NCBI GenBank assembly: GCA_011050525.1
Contig: DRFO01000015.1
Location: 8,112 to 72,111 of the forward strand
Direction of reading: 5' to 3'
DNA length: 64,000 nt
Source: Halopseudomonas xinjiangensis
GTDB lineage: Bacteria; Pseudomonadota; Gammaproteobacteria; Pseudomonadales; Pseudomonadaceae
The notes beneath the pieces were generated by a model. The model worked only from the letters and a program-made list of their open reading frames with translations, was not told where the DNA came from and ran no database searches. Shown here piece after piece: positions 23,879 through 33,812 of the stretch. The stretch's first letter is position 1. Each line of letters opens with the position of its first letter. The translations under genes were made by a program, and so were the position numbers.

Positions 23879-25225
23879 ATGGAAAAGCGTTATTTCGGCA
23901 CCGACGGGATTCGGGGTCGCGTTGGTAGTCATCCCATCACCCCTGAGTTCATGCTGAAGCTGGGTTGGGCCGTAGGAATGGCGTTCAAGCGCCAAGGCCA
24001 GTGCCGGGTGCTTATCGGTAAGGATACGCGCATCTCAGGCTACATGTTTGAATCTGCCCTTGAAGCCGGGTTGTCTGCGGCGGGAGCCCAGGTGCAACTG
24101 CTCGGTCCGATGCCCACGCCTGCGATCGCTTACCTCACCCGTACCTTTCAGGCTGATGCCGGGATAGTGATCAGCGCTTCCCACAACCCGTATTACGACA
24201 ACGGCATCAAGTTTTTCTCCGTGACCGGCAGCAAGCTTCCTGACAGCCTGGAGCTTGAAATCGAGCGGCTGGTCGACGCGCCCATGGACGTAGTCGACTC
24301 AGCGGATCTGGGGAAGGTGGCGCGTGTCGAGGATGCTTCGGGACGTTACATCGAGTACTGCAAAAGCAGTGTCCCGACCAGTACCAGCTTCAAGGAATTC
24401 AAAATAGTAGTCGATTGCGCCAATGGCGCGACCTATAAGGTGGCCCCCAATGTATTCCGTGAGCTGGGTGCAGAAGTGGCTCTTATCGGCGTTCAGCCGG
24501 ACGGAATGAATATCAATGCTGGGGTAGGCTCTACCGATCTCAAGGCTTTGAGTGAGGCAGTCAGAAAGGACGGTGCGCATATGGGCATCGCCTTCGACGG
24601 CGACGGCGACCGGGTGCTCATGGTTGATGAGAATGGTGAAGAAGTCGACGGGGACGAATTGCTCTATATCATGGCGCTGGACTTGCACCAGCGCTCCCAG
24701 TTGGGCGGTGGCGTGGTGGGTACGCTGATGACCAACCTGGGTCTTGAGCTGGCGATGAAGGAGCAGGGTATTCCATTCGTGAGAGCCAAGGTTGGCGACC
24801 GTTATGTAATGGCTGAATTGCGCGAGCGTGGTTGGATTCTGGGTGGAGAGTCCTCCGGCCATATGGTTTGTCTTCATCACACCTCCACCGGCGATGGCAT
24901 TATAGCTGCGCTGCAAGTGCTTAAGGCGCTCCAGCGCTCAGGCCAATCGCTGGCCGAAGCTCGACGGGGTATGTACAAGTGCCCCCAGAAGCTGATCAAT
25001 GTTCGCTATTCGCCCAGTCAGGATTCGCTGCTGGACAACCCTGAGCTCCAGGCAGCCGTGCAGCAAGCGGAGCAGCGCATGGGCGATTCTGGCCGTGTGC
25101 TGTTGCGTCTTTCGGGAACTGAGCCGCTGATCCGCGTCATGGTGGAAGGCGCAGATGGTGCGCAGGTAGAGAAAGAGGCTGGAACGCTTGCCGACAAGGT
25201 CCGCAGCCTGTTCGGTGCTTCCTGA
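23879..25225 (+). CDS. glmM: Phosphoglucosamine mutase
   Basis: The ATG at 23879 follows GAAGGA and gives [13 protein letters not shown]. The active-site motif SASHNP is present. Confidence 0.95.
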   Translation: MEKRYFGTDGIRGRVGSHPITPEFMLKLGWAVGMAFKRQGQCRVLIGKDTRISGYMFESALEAGLSAAGAQVQLLGPMPTPAIAYLTRTFQADAGIVISASHNPYYDNGIKFFSVTGSKLPDSLELEIERLVDAPMDVVDSADLGKVARVEDASGRYIEYCKSSVPTSTSFKEFKIVVDCANGATYKVAPNVFRELGAEVALIGVQPDGMNINAGVGSTDLKALSEAVRKDGAHMGIAFDGDGDRVLMVDENGEEVDGDELLYIMALDLHQRSQLGGGVVGTLMTNLGLELAMKEQGIPFVRAKVGDRYVMAELRERGWILGGESSGHMVCLHHTSTGDGIIAALQVLKALQRSGQSLAEARRGMYKCPQKLINVRYSPSQDSLLDNPELQAAVQQAEQRMGDSGRVLLRLSGTEPLIRVMVEGADGAQVEKEAGTLADKVRSLFGAS

Positions 25226-25293
25226 AAAAAGGCGGTTGTGTCGCCGGAGCAACTTGGTTAACATTGGCGCCCGCTTGAACTGAGAGGTTAGGC

Positions 25294-26052
25294 ATGCGTC
25301 GTTCGCTGGTCGCCGGAAATTGGAAAATGCACGGTACTCGGCAATCAGTCGAGGCTTTGCTAGCCGGGCTGAATCAACAGGATTGGCCTGAACAGGTTGA
25401 TCTGATGATCGCGCCTCCTTCCCTCTACATTCAGCAGTGTCGTGAGAGTCTTGAAGGCTCTCAGATCCGTCTCGCAGGCCAGTGTTGTGCCTATCAGGCA
25501 GAGTTCGGTGCACTTACGGGGGAAATTTCCCCCGCCCAGCTGCGCGAGGCGGGATGTGAATATGTAATCGTGGGTCATTCCGAGCGGCGCAATCTGTTCG
25601 ACGAGACCGATGAGGTGGTTTGCAGGAAGTTTGCGGCTGCGTTGGCTTGCGGGCTTCGACCGGTGCTTTGTGTCGGTGAGACGCGGCAGCAGCGCGACGC
25701 GGGCGAAACCGCAGAAGTGGTTGGAAGACAGTTGCAGGTCGTGCTTGAATCCTTTGGAGTCGGCGGGTTGGCTCAAGGTGTTCTGGCTTACGAGCCGGTC
25801 TGGGCCATAGGCACCGGGCTGACTGCTTCGCCGGAGCAGGCGCAGGAAGTCCACGCGATGATTCGCGCCCGGCTGGCGATGCTGGACGATGAGCAAGCGC
25901 AGTGTGTACAGATTGTTTATGGCGGCAGCGTCAAGGCGGACAACGCCGAAGCACTATTTGCGATGCCGGATATCGATGGGGGGTTGGTCGGTGGTGCCTC
26001 TCTCAATGCAGATGAATTTGGTGCGATAGCACGTGCCGCAGGACGAGCGTAA
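25294..26052 (+). CDS. tpiA: Triose-phosphate isomerase
   Basis: 252 aa containing [16 protein letters not shown] and [11 protein letters not shown]. Confidence 0.95.
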   Translation: MRRSLVAGNWKMHGTRQSVEALLAGLNQQDWPEQVDLMIAPPSLYIQQCRESLEGSQIRLAGQCCAYQAEFGALTGEISPAQLREAGCEYVIVGHSERRNLFDETDEVVCRKFAAALACGLRPVLCVGETRQQRDAGETAEVVGRQLQVVLESFGVGGLAQGVLAYEPVWAIGTGLTASPEQAQEVHAMIRARLAMLDDEQAQCVQIVYGGSVKADNAEALFAMPDIDGGLVGGASLNADEFGAIARAAGRA

Positions 26053-26429
26053 TGATTGAAACGGTAGTTATAGTGGTTCACCTTGTCGTCGCCATTGCCC
26101 TGGTTGGCCTCGTGCTGATGCAGCAAGGCAAGGGTGCTGAGACGGGTGCGTCCTTTGGTTCCGGTGCTTCCGGCACGGTGTTTGGCAGTCAGGGTTCGGC
26201 TACCTTTCTGAGCCGCTTGACAGGAATTCTGGCGACAGTATTCTTTCTCACCTCGTTGGGCCTGGCTTACTACGCGAGTAACTACGCAGTAGCTGCACGT
26301 GAAAGTGGCTTGCCTGATCCAGTGTTACGCTCTCAGCCTGTTGCTCCGGCTTTGAGTGAAGATATACCTGTTCTTGAAGAACAGGCTCCTCTGGCTCCTG
26401 CGACAGATGATGTGCCTGCCGTAGAGTAA
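26052..26429 (+). CDS. secG: Preprotein translocase subunit SecG
   Basis: 125 aa containing [11 protein letters not shown]...S...FG; lies downstream of tpiA and upstream of tRNA-Leu. Confidence 0.9.
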   Translation: MIETVVIVVHLVVAIALVGLVLMQQGKGAETGASFGSGASGTVFGSQGSATFLSRLTGILATVFFLTSLGLAYYASNYAVAARESGLPDPVLRSQPVAPALSEDIPVLEEQAPLAPATDDVPAVE

Positions 26430-26441
26430 GCCTAAAGTTTT

Positions 26442-26526
26442 GCGGAAGTGGTGGAATTGGTAGACACGCTATCTTGAGGGGGTAGTGCCTTAGGGTGTAT
26501 GGGTTCGAGTCCCATCTTCCGCACCA
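26442..26526 (+). tRNA. leuU: tRNA-Leu (anticodon GAG)
   Basis: Acceptor stem GCGGAAG/CTTCCGC followed by A-CCA. The anticodon stem is CTATC/GGTAG with loop TTGAGGG. It has a long variable arm and a T-arm ATGGG-TTCGAGT-CCCAT. The position after secG matches E. coli. Confidence 0.93.
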
Positions 26527-26532
26527 ATCAAA

Positions 26533-26562
26533 CAGGGCCTGCATTGCAGGCCCTGCTTTTTT
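26533..26562 (+). terminator. Intrinsic terminator after tRNA-Leu
   Basis: CAGGGCCTGCA (26533-26543) pairs with TGCAGGCCCTG (26545-26555), followed by CTTTTTT. Confidence 0.85.
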
Positions 26563-26579
26563 CGGGCTTTGTATGCCGG

Positions 26580-26608
26580 TTGTCTTGTTTTGCTACCGGG
26601 CGTATAAT
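26580..26608 (+). promoter_or_regulatory. Sigma70 promoter of the metY-rimP-nusA-infB operon
   Basis: TTGTCT (26580-26585), a 17-nt spacer, then TATAAT (26603-26608). The -10 element ends 17 nt upstream of the tRNA 5' end. Confidence 0.7.
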
Positions 26609-26625
26609 CCATGCCCTAGATTCGA

Positions 26626-26702
<77 letters not shown>

Positions 26703-26705
26703 GTC

Positions 26706-26731
26706 AAAGGCCCCTTTTCAGGGGCTTTTTG
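26706..26731 (+). terminator. First hairpin with a U-tract downstream of metY
   Basis: AAAGGCCCC, TTTTCA loop, GGGGCTTTTTG. Confidence 0.65.
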
Positions 26732-26771
26732 TTAGATGTCTGGACTTCGAAAGGAGTGGCCAGAAACCAGG

Positions 26772-26793
26772 ATGGGCTTTAGGCCCATTTTTT
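26772..26793 (+). terminator. Second hairpin with a U-tract upstream of rimP
   Basis: ATGGGC (26772-26777), a loop, GCCCAT (26783-26788), then TTTTT. Confidence 0.6.
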
Positions 26794-26819
26794 ATTCATG
26801 CGATACAAAGGTGGTGAAT

Positions 26820-27275
26820 TTGTCCGGCAAAGTATCTGAGTTGGAGACCTTGTTGGTCCCCATTGTCGAGGCGTTAGGCTATCGTTGTTGGGGCATAGAA
26901 TATCTGTCTCAGGGTCGTCACACATTGCTGCGGGTGTATATCGATCATCCCGATGGTATCAGCGTCGAAGCATGCGCAGCAGTCAGTAGACAGGCCAGCG
27001 CTGTTCTTGATGTTGAAGATCCCATCTCCGGGGACTATACCCTGGAAGTCTCTTCTCCCGGCATGGACAGACCATTATTTACGCTTGAGCAGTTCGCCGA
27101 TCATGTGGGCGAACAAGCCAAGGTCAAATTGCGCGTGCCTTATGAAGGCCGGCGGAATTTTCAAGGTGTCATCCGCGGTGTTGAAGGGGACGAAGTGATC
27201 CTGCAGGTAGATGAGCATGAATACCTGCTGCCGATCGACTCCATCGACAAGAGCAATATTATCCCGCGGTTTTGA
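26820..27275 (+). CDS. rimP: Ribosome maturation factor RimP
   Basis: The track ORF 26736..27275 would run through both hairpins. The TTG at 26820 lies 5 nt after AAAGGTGG and gives (M)[20 protein letters not shown], 151 aa, which is collinear with E. coli RimP. GTG at 26811 or 26814 are alternative starts. Confidence 0.85.
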   Translation: MSGKVSELETLLVPIVEALGYRCWGIEYLSQGRHTLLRVYIDHPDGISVEACAAVSRQASAVLDVEDPISGDYTLEVSSPGMDRPLFTLEQFADHVGEQAKVKLRVPYEGRRNFQGVIRGVEGDEVILQVDEHEYLLPIDSIDKSNIIPRF

Positions 27276-27327
27276 GCATTTTTCGGGCTCCAGTGGCCCC
27301 AATGGATGGCGTTAGGCGAGGCATACG

Positions 27328-28809
27328 ATGAGCAAAGAAGTGCTGCTGGTTGTGGAATCCGTTTCCAATGAAAAGGGCGTACCGCCCGGCGTGATTTTTG
27401 AAGCGCTGGAATTGGCATTGGCCACGGCTACCAAAAAGCGTTACGAAGACGAAGTAGACGTCCGGGTGGAGATCAATCGCCAGACCGGCAGCTACGACAC
27501 CTATCGTCGCTGGACAGTCGTGGCTGACGAGAATTTCGAAGAGCCGGACATGCAGCTGACGCTTGATCAGGCCGAGGCGCGTGATCCAGCGCTCAAGATC
27601 GATGACATGATCGAGGAGAAGATAGAATCCGTCGAGTTCGGTCGTATTGCCGCGCAGATTGCCAAACAGGTTATCGTTCAAAAGGTTCGCGAAGCGGAGC
27701 GCGCTCAGGTAGTAGATGCCTATCGTGACCGTCTCGGAGAAATTATCAGCGGCACGGTCAAGAAAGTTACCCGTGACAGCGTCATCGTGGATCTGGGCAA
27801 CAACGCCGAAGCGGTTCTCCCGCGTGAAGAGATGATCCCGCGCGAAACCTTCCGCACCGGCACGCGCATCCGTGCCTTGCTCAAGGAGATTCGAGCAGAG
27901 AATCGCGGCCCACAGCTGGTTTTGTCTCGCAGTTGCCCGGAGATGATCATTGAGCTTTTCCGCATTGAAGTGCCGGAAATATCCGAAGAGCTGATCGAAG
28001 TCATGGGTGCTGCCCGCGATCCAGGCTCTCGAGCCAAGATAGCGGTCCGCTCGAAGGATAAGCGTATCGATCCGCAGGGCGCCTGCATCGGTATGCGTGG
28101 TTCTCGCGTGCAGGCCGTGTCTGGCGAGTTGGGTGGTGAGCGAGTGGATATCGTGCTGTGGGACGATAACCTTGCACAGTTCGTGATCAATGCCATGGCG
28201 CCCGCTGAAGTAGCGTCTATCATTCTCGACGAAGACACTCACACGATCGATATTGCTGTGGCCGAAGATAATCTGGCCCAGGCAATCGGGCGCAGCGGTC
28301 AGAACGTTCGTCTGGCAAGTCAACTGACTGGCTGGACGCTTAACGTGATGACCGAAGAAGCTATCGTTGCCAAGCGTGAAGCCGAGACGGGTGACATTCT
28401 GCGTAACTTCATTGACGAGCTGGATGTCGACGAGGAGCTTGCCCAGATGCTGGTTGAAGAGGGCTTCACCTCGCTGGAGGAAGTGGCCTACGTGCCCATG
28501 GAGGAGATGTTGGCAATCGATGGTTTCGATGAAGATATCGTCAATGAGCTGCGTGCTCGGGCCAAGGATCGCCTGCTTACCAAAGCTATTGCCAACGAGG
28601 AAAAACTGGAAGAAGTTCAGCCCGCAGAGGATCTTTTGAGCATGGACGGTATGGACCGTGCTCTGGCCTTCCAGCTGGCAGGAAAAGGCATCATCACCAT
28701 GGAAGACCTCGCTGAGCAATCAGTAGACGATCTACTGGATATTGATGGTATTGACGAAGCCCGCGCCGGCACCTTGATTATGGCTGCCCGGGCACCCTGG
28801 TTTGAATAA
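27328..28809 (+). CDS. nusA: Transcription termination/antitermination factor NusA
   Basis: 493 aa with S1 and KH regions ([19 protein letters not shown]) and C-terminal acidic repeats. Confidence 0.97.
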   Translation: MSKEVLLVVESVSNEKGVPPGVIFEALELALATATKKRYEDEVDVRVEINRQTGSYDTYRRWTVVADENFEEPDMQLTLDQAEARDPALKIDDMIEEKIESVEFGRIAAQIAKQVIVQKVREAERAQVVDAYRDRLGEIISGTVKKVTRDSVIVDLGNNAEAVLPREEMIPRETFRTGTRIRALLKEIRAENRGPQLVLSRSCPEMIIELFRIEVPEISEELIEVMGAARDPGSRAKIAVRSKDKRIDPQGACIGMRGSRVQAVSGELGGERVDIVLWDDNLAQFVINAMAPAEVASIILDEDTHTIDIAVAEDNLAQAIGRSGQNVRLASQLTGWTLNVMTEEAIVAKREAETGDILRNFIDELDVDEELAQMLVEEGFTSLEEVAYVPMEEMLAIDGFDEDIVNELRARAKDRLLTKAIANEEKLEEVQPAEDLLSMDGMDRALAFQLAGKGIITMEDLAEQSVDDLLDIDGIDEARAGTLIMAARAPWFE

Positions 28810-28870
28810 CCGGTCGGTATAGCAACATCGCCCTGCGGCAACGCACGGGCCCGACTGAGGAGAGAAGTGA

Positions 28871-31402
28871 ATGGCGGAAGTGACGGTCAAAGAATTGGCT
28901 CAGGTAGTAGGTACTCCGGTAGAGCGTCTGCTACAGCAAATGCAGGAAGCCGGGTTGTCTCAAACCAGCCCAGGGCAGCCGGTGTCTGACGATGAGAAGC
29001 AGAAACTGCTGACGTTTCTGAAAAGCGCCCATGGCGATTCAGGTTCAGAGCCGCGGAAGATAACACTGCAGCGTAAAACCATGAGCACACTCAAGGTAGC
29101 GGGCAGCAAAACCGTCAACGTTGAGGTTCGTAAGAAGAAAACATACGTCAAACGCGACCCTGATGATCAGGAAGCTGAGCGGCAGCGTGAGCTGGAAGAA
29201 CAGCGCCTCGCCGAGGAGGCGCGTCTGGTAGCTGAAGCCGAAGCGCAGCGCCAGGCCGAGCAGGCAGCGCGCGAAGCAGAAGAGGCGGCCCGCAAGGCTG
29301 CCGAACAGCAGTCGGTAGCGGCCGAAGCGCCCAAGCCGGCCGCAGAAGTTCAACCAGAGCCTGCACCCACCGCTCCGGTTGCGCCGGTCATTCCGGATAT
29401 TCCGGTCGCGCCAGCGCCTAGCGAACACCCGAAAAAGAAAGAAGAGCATCGTCGCAAAGCGCCAAGCCGCGAAGAAGAGGATGAGCGCAACCGCAAGCGT
29501 GGCGGCGGTGGCGGCAAGGATAAAGGTCGCAACGCACCCCGCGCCAGCGAAGATGAAGAGGCGTTGGCACGCCGTCGAGGCGGCGGTGGCAAGCTCAAGG
29601 CGCACAAAAAACGCAATCAGCACGGCTTCGAGAAGCCGACAGGACCCCTAGTGCGAGAAGTGGTAATTGGTGAGACCATCACCGTAGCCGAGCTGGCCCA
29701 GAAGATGTCGGTCAAGGCGGCCGAGGTCATCAAATACATGTTCAAGAACGGCAACATGGTGACTATTAACCAGGTCTTGGATCAGGACACGGCCACCATC
29801 GTTGCTGAAGACTTGGGCCATAAGGTCAAGCAGGTCAAGGAAAGCGCCCTGGAAGATAGCCTGGTGGAGGCGCTGCATCACGAAGGTGAAGATGTCGCTC
29901 GTGCACCAGTCGTAACCGTTATGGGCCACGTTGACCACGGCAAGACGTCGCTGCTTGATTATATTCGTCGAGCCAAGGTTGCTTCCGGTGAGGCTGGCGG
30001 TATTACCCAGCACATCGGCGCTTACCATGTTGAAACCGATCGCGGCATGGTTACCTTCCTCGACACCCCAGGTCACGCGGCATTTACTGCCATGCGTGCC
30101 CGCGGTGCCAAGGCTACGGATATCGTGATTCTCGTGGTTGCCGCCGATGACGGCGTCATGCCGCAGACTGAGGAAGCTGTGGCACATGCCAAGGCTGCCG
30201 GCGTACCGCTGGTGGTCGCGGTCAACAAAATCGACAAGGAAGACGCCGATACCGACCGGATCAAGCATGATTTGGCAGCGCGCCAGGTAATTCCTGAAGA
30301 GTGGGGCGGCGACACCATGTTTGTACATGTGTCAGCCAAGGTCGGTACCGGTATTGATGCTCTGCTCGAAGCCGTTCTGCTCCAGGCCGAGGTACTTGAG
30401 CTCAAGGCCCAGCCTTCCGCTCCTGGGCGCGGCGTTGTGGTTGAATCGCGACTGGACAAGGGTCGTGGCCCGGTGGCTACCGTGCTGGTCCAGAATGGCA
30501 CGCTGCGTCAGGGTGACATCGTGCTGGCTGGCGTCAACTATGGTCGTGTTCGTGCGATGTATGACGAAAACGGCAAGCCGATCAAGGAAGCGGGTCCTTC
30601 CATTCCGGTCGAGATCCTCGGTCTTGATGGTACGCCAGACGCCGGTGACGAGCTGACCGTTGTGGCTGACGAAAAGAAGGCGCGTGAAATTGCCATGTTC
30701 CGTCAGGGCAAATTCCGTGAGATCAAGCTGGCCCGCCAGCAGTCGGCTAAACTGGAAAACATGTTCGACAATATTGGCCAGGGCGAGAAGAAGACGCTCA
30801 ATATTGTGCTGAAGTCGGACGTGCGCGGTTCACTCGAAGCTCTGCAGGGTTCGCTTAGCGAACTGGGTAACGATGAAGTGCAAGTGAAGATTGTTTCAGG
30901 TGGCGTAGGCGGCATTACCGAAACCGACGCCAACCTGGCCTTGGCTTCCAATGCGGTCATCTTCGGCTTCAACGTTCGGGCGGATGCTACGGCCCGGAAA
31001 ATCGTCGAGTCGGAAGGCTTGGACCTGCGTTATTACAGCGTGATTTACGAGATCATCGACGACGTCAAGAAGGCCCTTTCGGGCATGCTTGGCAGCGATG
31101 TGCGCGAGCAGATCCTTGGTGTGGCCGAAGTGCGCGACGTATTCCGCTCGCCGAAGTTTGGCGCGATCGCCGGTTGTATGGTCATCGAAGGTACCGTTTA
31201 CCGTAACCGTCCGATCCGCGTTCTGCGCGAAGATGTGGTTATCTACGAAGGCGAGCTGGAGTCCCTGCGTCGCTTCAAGGATGACATCGGCGAAGTACGT
31301 AACGGTATGGAGTGCGGTATTGGCGTGAAGAACTACAACGACGTTCGCCCAGGCGACCGCATCGAAGTGTTCGAGCGCGTCCAGGTAGCCCGGACACTCT
31401 GA
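28871..31402 (+). CDS. infB: Translation initiation factor IF-2
   Basis: 843 aa with a low-complexity AEEA/K-R-rich N-terminal region, then a G domain ([23 protein letters not shown]). Confidence 0.98.
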   Translation: MAEVTVKELAQVVGTPVERLLQQMQEAGLSQTSPGQPVSDDEKQKLLTFLKSAHGDSGSEPRKITLQRKTMSTLKVAGSKTVNVEVRKKKTYVKRDPDDQEAERQRELEEQRLAEEARLVAEAEAQRQAEQAAREAEEAARKAAEQQSVAAEAPKPAAEVQPEPAPTAPVAPVIPDIPVAPAPSEHPKKKEEHRRKAPSREEEDERNRKRGGGGGKDKGRNAPRASEDEEALARRRGGGGKLKAHKKRNQHGFEKPTGPLVREVVIGETITVAELAQKMSVKAAEVIKYMFKNGNMVTINQVLDQDTATIVAEDLGHKVKQVKESALEDSLVEALHHEGEDVARAPVVTVMGHVDHGKTSLLDYIRRAKVASGEAGGITQHIGAYHVETDRGMVTFLDTPGHAAFTAMRARGAKATDIVILVVAADDGVMPQTEEAVAHAKAAGVPLVVAVNKIDKEDADTDRIKHDLAARQVIPEEWGGDTMFVHVSAKVGTGIDALLEAVLLQAEVLELKAQPSAPGRGVVVESRLDKGRGPVATVLVQNGTLRQGDIVLAGVNYGRVRAMYDENGKPIKEAGPSIPVEILGLDGTPDAGDELTVVADEKKAREIAMFRQGKFREIKLARQQSAKLENMFDNIGQGEKKTLNIVLKSDVRGSLEALQGSLSELGNDEVQVKIVSGGVGGITETDANLALASNAVIFGFNVRADATARKIVESEGLDLRYYSVIYEIIDDVKKALSGMLGSDVREQILGVAEVRDVFRSPKFGAIAGCMVIEGTVYRNRPIRVLREDVVIYEGELESLRRFKDDIGEVRNGMECGIGVKNYNDVRPGDRIEVFERVQVARTL

Positions 31403-31420
31403 ACGTAGCGGCAAGCCTCA

Positions 31421-31481
31421 AGCGGCAAGCGGCCAACGGTCCGGCATCAGCCAGACCGTCAGCTGCTTGCCGTTTGGGTTT
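31421..31481 (+). terminator. Long composite hairpin with a U-rich tail between infB and rbfA, a possible attenuator
   Basis: CGGCAAGC (31423-31430) pairs with GCTTGCCG (31465-31472). An inner stem pairs ACGGTC (31436-31441) with GACCGT (31454-31459). The tail is TTTGGGTTTGTGG. Confidence 0.4.
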
Positions 31482-31529
31482 GTGGCATGACATTTGTAGC
31501 TTGCTGCTGGCAGGCTGAAGGCAGGACTT

Positions 31530-31916
31530 ATGGCCAAAGAATACAGTCGTACCCAGCGGGTAGCTGACCAGATGCAGCGCGAGCTTGCATTGCTGATTCA
31601 GCGCGATGTCCGCGACCCTCGTGTCGGCATGATTACGGTTACCGCCGTGGATGCCAGCCGCGATCTGGCCCACGCCAAGGTGTACATCACCCTGATGGGC
31701 GACGCCACCGATGAAGATATCGCGTTGAATCTCTCCGCGTTAAAGGATGCCGCTGGATTTCTGCGCGTACAGCTGGGTCGTGTCATGAAGCTGCGCAGTG
31801 TTCCACAGCTGCATTTTCACTATGACGAGAGCGTGCGTCGTGGTGTGCATTTGTCGTCGTTGATTGAGCGGGCGGTGGCTGAAGACCGCCAGCATCCCCA
31901 GGAAGACGAGGAGTAA
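31530..31916 (+). CDS. rbfA: Ribosome-binding factor A
   Basis: 128 aa containing [23 protein letters not shown]. Confidence 0.95.
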   Translation: MAKEYSRTQRVADQMQRELALLIQRDVRDPRVGMITVTAVDASRDLAHAKVYITLMGDATDEDIALNLSALKDAAGFLRVQLGRVMKLRSVPQLHFHYDESVRRGVHLSSLIERAVAEDRQHPQEDEE

Positions 31917-31919
31917 CCG

Positions 31920-32840
31920 GTGTCGGCACCCCGTAGCAAACGCCGTGATATCGATGGCGTACTGATTTTTGACAAGCCGCTGGGTATGACCTCGAACGCG
32001 GCCCTGCAAAAGGTGCGTTGGTTGTTCAATGCCAGCAAGGGTGGTCACACCGGTAGTCTTGATCCGCTTGCCAACGGTGTGTTGCCGCTATGCCTCGGTG
32101 AAGCCACCAAGTTCTCTCAGTATTTGCTCGATGCTGACAAGACCTACGTTACCGAAGCCCGTCTGGGTATGACGACTACGACCGGCGATGCGGAAGGCGA
32201 CGTGCTCGAAATCAAGCCGGTGGCGGTCAGCCTGGTTGATGTGGAAGCGGTGCTGCCGCAATTTACCGGCGACATTCTTCAGGTGCCGCCGATGTACTCG
32301 GCGCTCAAGCATGAAGGCCAGCCGTTGTACAAACTGGCCCGCGCCGGGGAAACAGTGGAGCGCAAGCCGCGATCTGTTACCATACAACGCTTGATTATTC
32401 TGGGTCTTGAAGGTGATCGCCTGAGACTGGAAGTCAGCTGTACCAAGGGCACCTATATCCGCACCCTGGTTGAGGATATTGGCGCGGCACTGGGCTGCGG
32501 CGCTCATGTGTCCGAGCTGCGGCGAATCCAGGCGGGTCCCTTTGGTCTCGGCAAGTCGGTGACCCTGGAAACCCTTGAGGCGCTGCATGCCGAAGGCGGT
32601 TATCTGGCGCTGGATCATCTGTTATTACCCAGTGACAGCGGCTTGGAAGATTGGCCGGTGGTGAACCTGACGGAGCAGACCGCCTACTACCTGAATCATG
32701 GTCAGGCGGTACGGGTTCCGGGTAGTCCGGCGTTCGGCATGGTCAGGCTGCTGGACCAGAATGGAGAGTTTATCGGCATCGGCGAAATGACCGACGATGC
32801 CCGAGTAGCACCGAAGCGTTTGATGCGCTTTAACGGATAA
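31920..32840 (+). CDS. truB: tRNA pseudouridine(55) synthase TruB
   Basis: 306 aa with a GTG start; contains [23 protein letters not shown]. Confidence 0.95.
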   Translation: MSAPRSKRRDIDGVLIFDKPLGMTSNAALQKVRWLFNASKGGHTGSLDPLANGVLPLCLGEATKFSQYLLDADKTYVTEARLGMTTTTGDAEGDVLEIKPVAVSLVDVEAVLPQFTGDILQVPPMYSALKHEGQPLYKLARAGETVERKPRSVTIQRLIILGLEGDRLRLEVSCTKGTYIRTLVEDIGAALGCGAHVSELRRIQAGPFGLGKSVTLETLEALHAEGGYLALDHLLLPSDSGLEDWPVVNLTEQTAYYLNHGQAVRVPGSPAFGMVRLLDQNGEFIGIGEMTDDARVAPKRLMRFNG

Positions 32841-32845
32841 CGTAT

Positions 32846-32996
32846 GGATTCCCGCCTGCGCGGGAATGACGGGTATTGCTGATTGGTCGGTGGTCGTGAG
32901 TGTCCCCGGTTGCTCGGGAATGACGAATATCCCCGCGTCTCCAGGAATGACGAGTATCCTCACGGGTCCGTGAATGACAAGTATTACCCCTCCCTA
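32846..32996. repeat. One inverted copy of the CCCGC/GCGGG palindrome followed by four GAATGAC-NNN-TAT units at 54/27/27-nt spacing
   Basis: The palindrome ATTCCCGC-ctgc-GCGGGAAT lies at 32848-32867. GAATGAC occurs at 32864, 32918, 32945 and 32972, each followed by NNN-TAT. Confidence 0.8.
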
Positions 32997-33311
32997 ATTC
33001 CCGCGAAGGCGGGAATCCAGGGGGCTGGCGTCAACTCTGCGAAAGCCGGTACGACCACGTAGTACTGGTTGTCAGGTGTTGAGGGAACAGAGCGGCACCG
33101 GGGCATACTAGCCGCCACACCGCCATTCGCTCCACATCGTCATTCCCGCGAAGGCGGGAATCCAGGGGGCTGGCGTCACCTCTGCGCAAGCCGGTACGAC
33201 GCATGTGGTATTGATTGTCAGGTGTTGAGGGAACAGAGCGGCAACGCGGCATACTAGCCGCCACACCGTCATTCGCTCCACATCGTCATTCCCGCGAAGG
33301 CGGGAATCCAG
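32997..33311. repeat. Tandem repeat of about 145 bp, 2.2 copies, each unit starting with the 20-nt palindrome ATTCCCGCGAAGGCGGGAAT
   Basis: The palindromes lie at 32997-33016, 33142-33161 and 33288-33307. By hand alignment, units 32997-33141 and 33142-33287 differ by 9 substitutions and one 1-nt indel. Confidence 0.9.
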
Positions 33312-33454
33312 AGGCTTCGGACTAACTTCCGAGCCAATACAAAGAAGTTGACCCGCAGGGTCGCAACGAGGGTGGCTGTTAACAGGCATGGTCATACCTC
33401 GATTTAAAACACGGGACTCAACGTCCCGGCCTGTTCACTCAGAGGAAAGCTGTC

Positions 33455-33724
33455 ATGGCACTGAGCGTCGAAGAGAAAGCTGCAATCGTAACTGAATATG
33501 CCCGTGGCGAAAGTGACACCGGTTCCCCGGAAGTCCAGGTAGCCTTGTTGACTGCAAACATCAACAAGCTGCAGGGTCACTTCAAAGAGAACAAGAAGGA
33601 TCACCATTCCCGTCGCGGTCTGATCCGGATGGTTAACCAGCGTCGCAAGTTGCTGGATTACCTGAAGTCGAAAGACATTCCGCGTTACAGCAGCTTGATC
33701 AGCAGTCTGGGTCTGCGTCGCTAA
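33455..33724 (+). CDS. rpsO: 30S ribosomal protein S15
   Basis: 89 aa: [39 protein letters not shown]. Confidence 0.98.
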   Translation: MALSVEEKAAIVTEYARGESDTGSPEVQVALLTANINKLQGHFKENKKDHHSRRGLIRMVNQRRKLLDYLKSKDIPRYSSLISSLGLRR

Positions 33725-33746
33725 GCGACACATTCCTTTTGGACAT

Positions 33747-33767
33747 GGCCGGGTCCGAAACCCGGCC
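33747..33767 (+). promoter_or_regulatory. rpsO-pnp intercistronic hairpin, a candidate RNase III/attenuator site with no U-tract
   Basis: GGCCGGGT (33747-33754), CCGAA loop, ACCCGGCC (33760-33767). Confidence 0.5.
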
Positions 33768-33812
33768 GTGCCCAGAGTTTCCCCAAAGGCAAATACAGAG
33801 AGAGAAGACACC

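Noticed and set aside
29150-29640. A cluster of overlapping ORFs on both strands with repetitive Ala/Glu/Arg-rich sequence, considered as a possible repeat element.
   Set aside because: It is the low-complexity N-terminal region of IF-2. The overlapping ORFs are GC-rich frame artefacts.
32846-33311. Reading the CCCGC/GCGGG palindromes as a CRISPR array, since the stems resemble type I-E repeats.
   Set aside because: The sequences between palindromes are near-identical copies of each other (tandem repeat units of about 145 nt) rather than unique spacers of about 32 nt. The left part has a 27-nt period. No cas genes or leader are nearby.
33031-33395. ORFs 33031..33264(-), 33069..33257(+) and 33108..33395(-) with RLRGNDD, IPAFAGMT and SREGGNPG peptides.
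   Set aside because: They are translation artefacts of the repeat units. Their sequences repeat with the DNA period, and they lack ribosome-binding sites.
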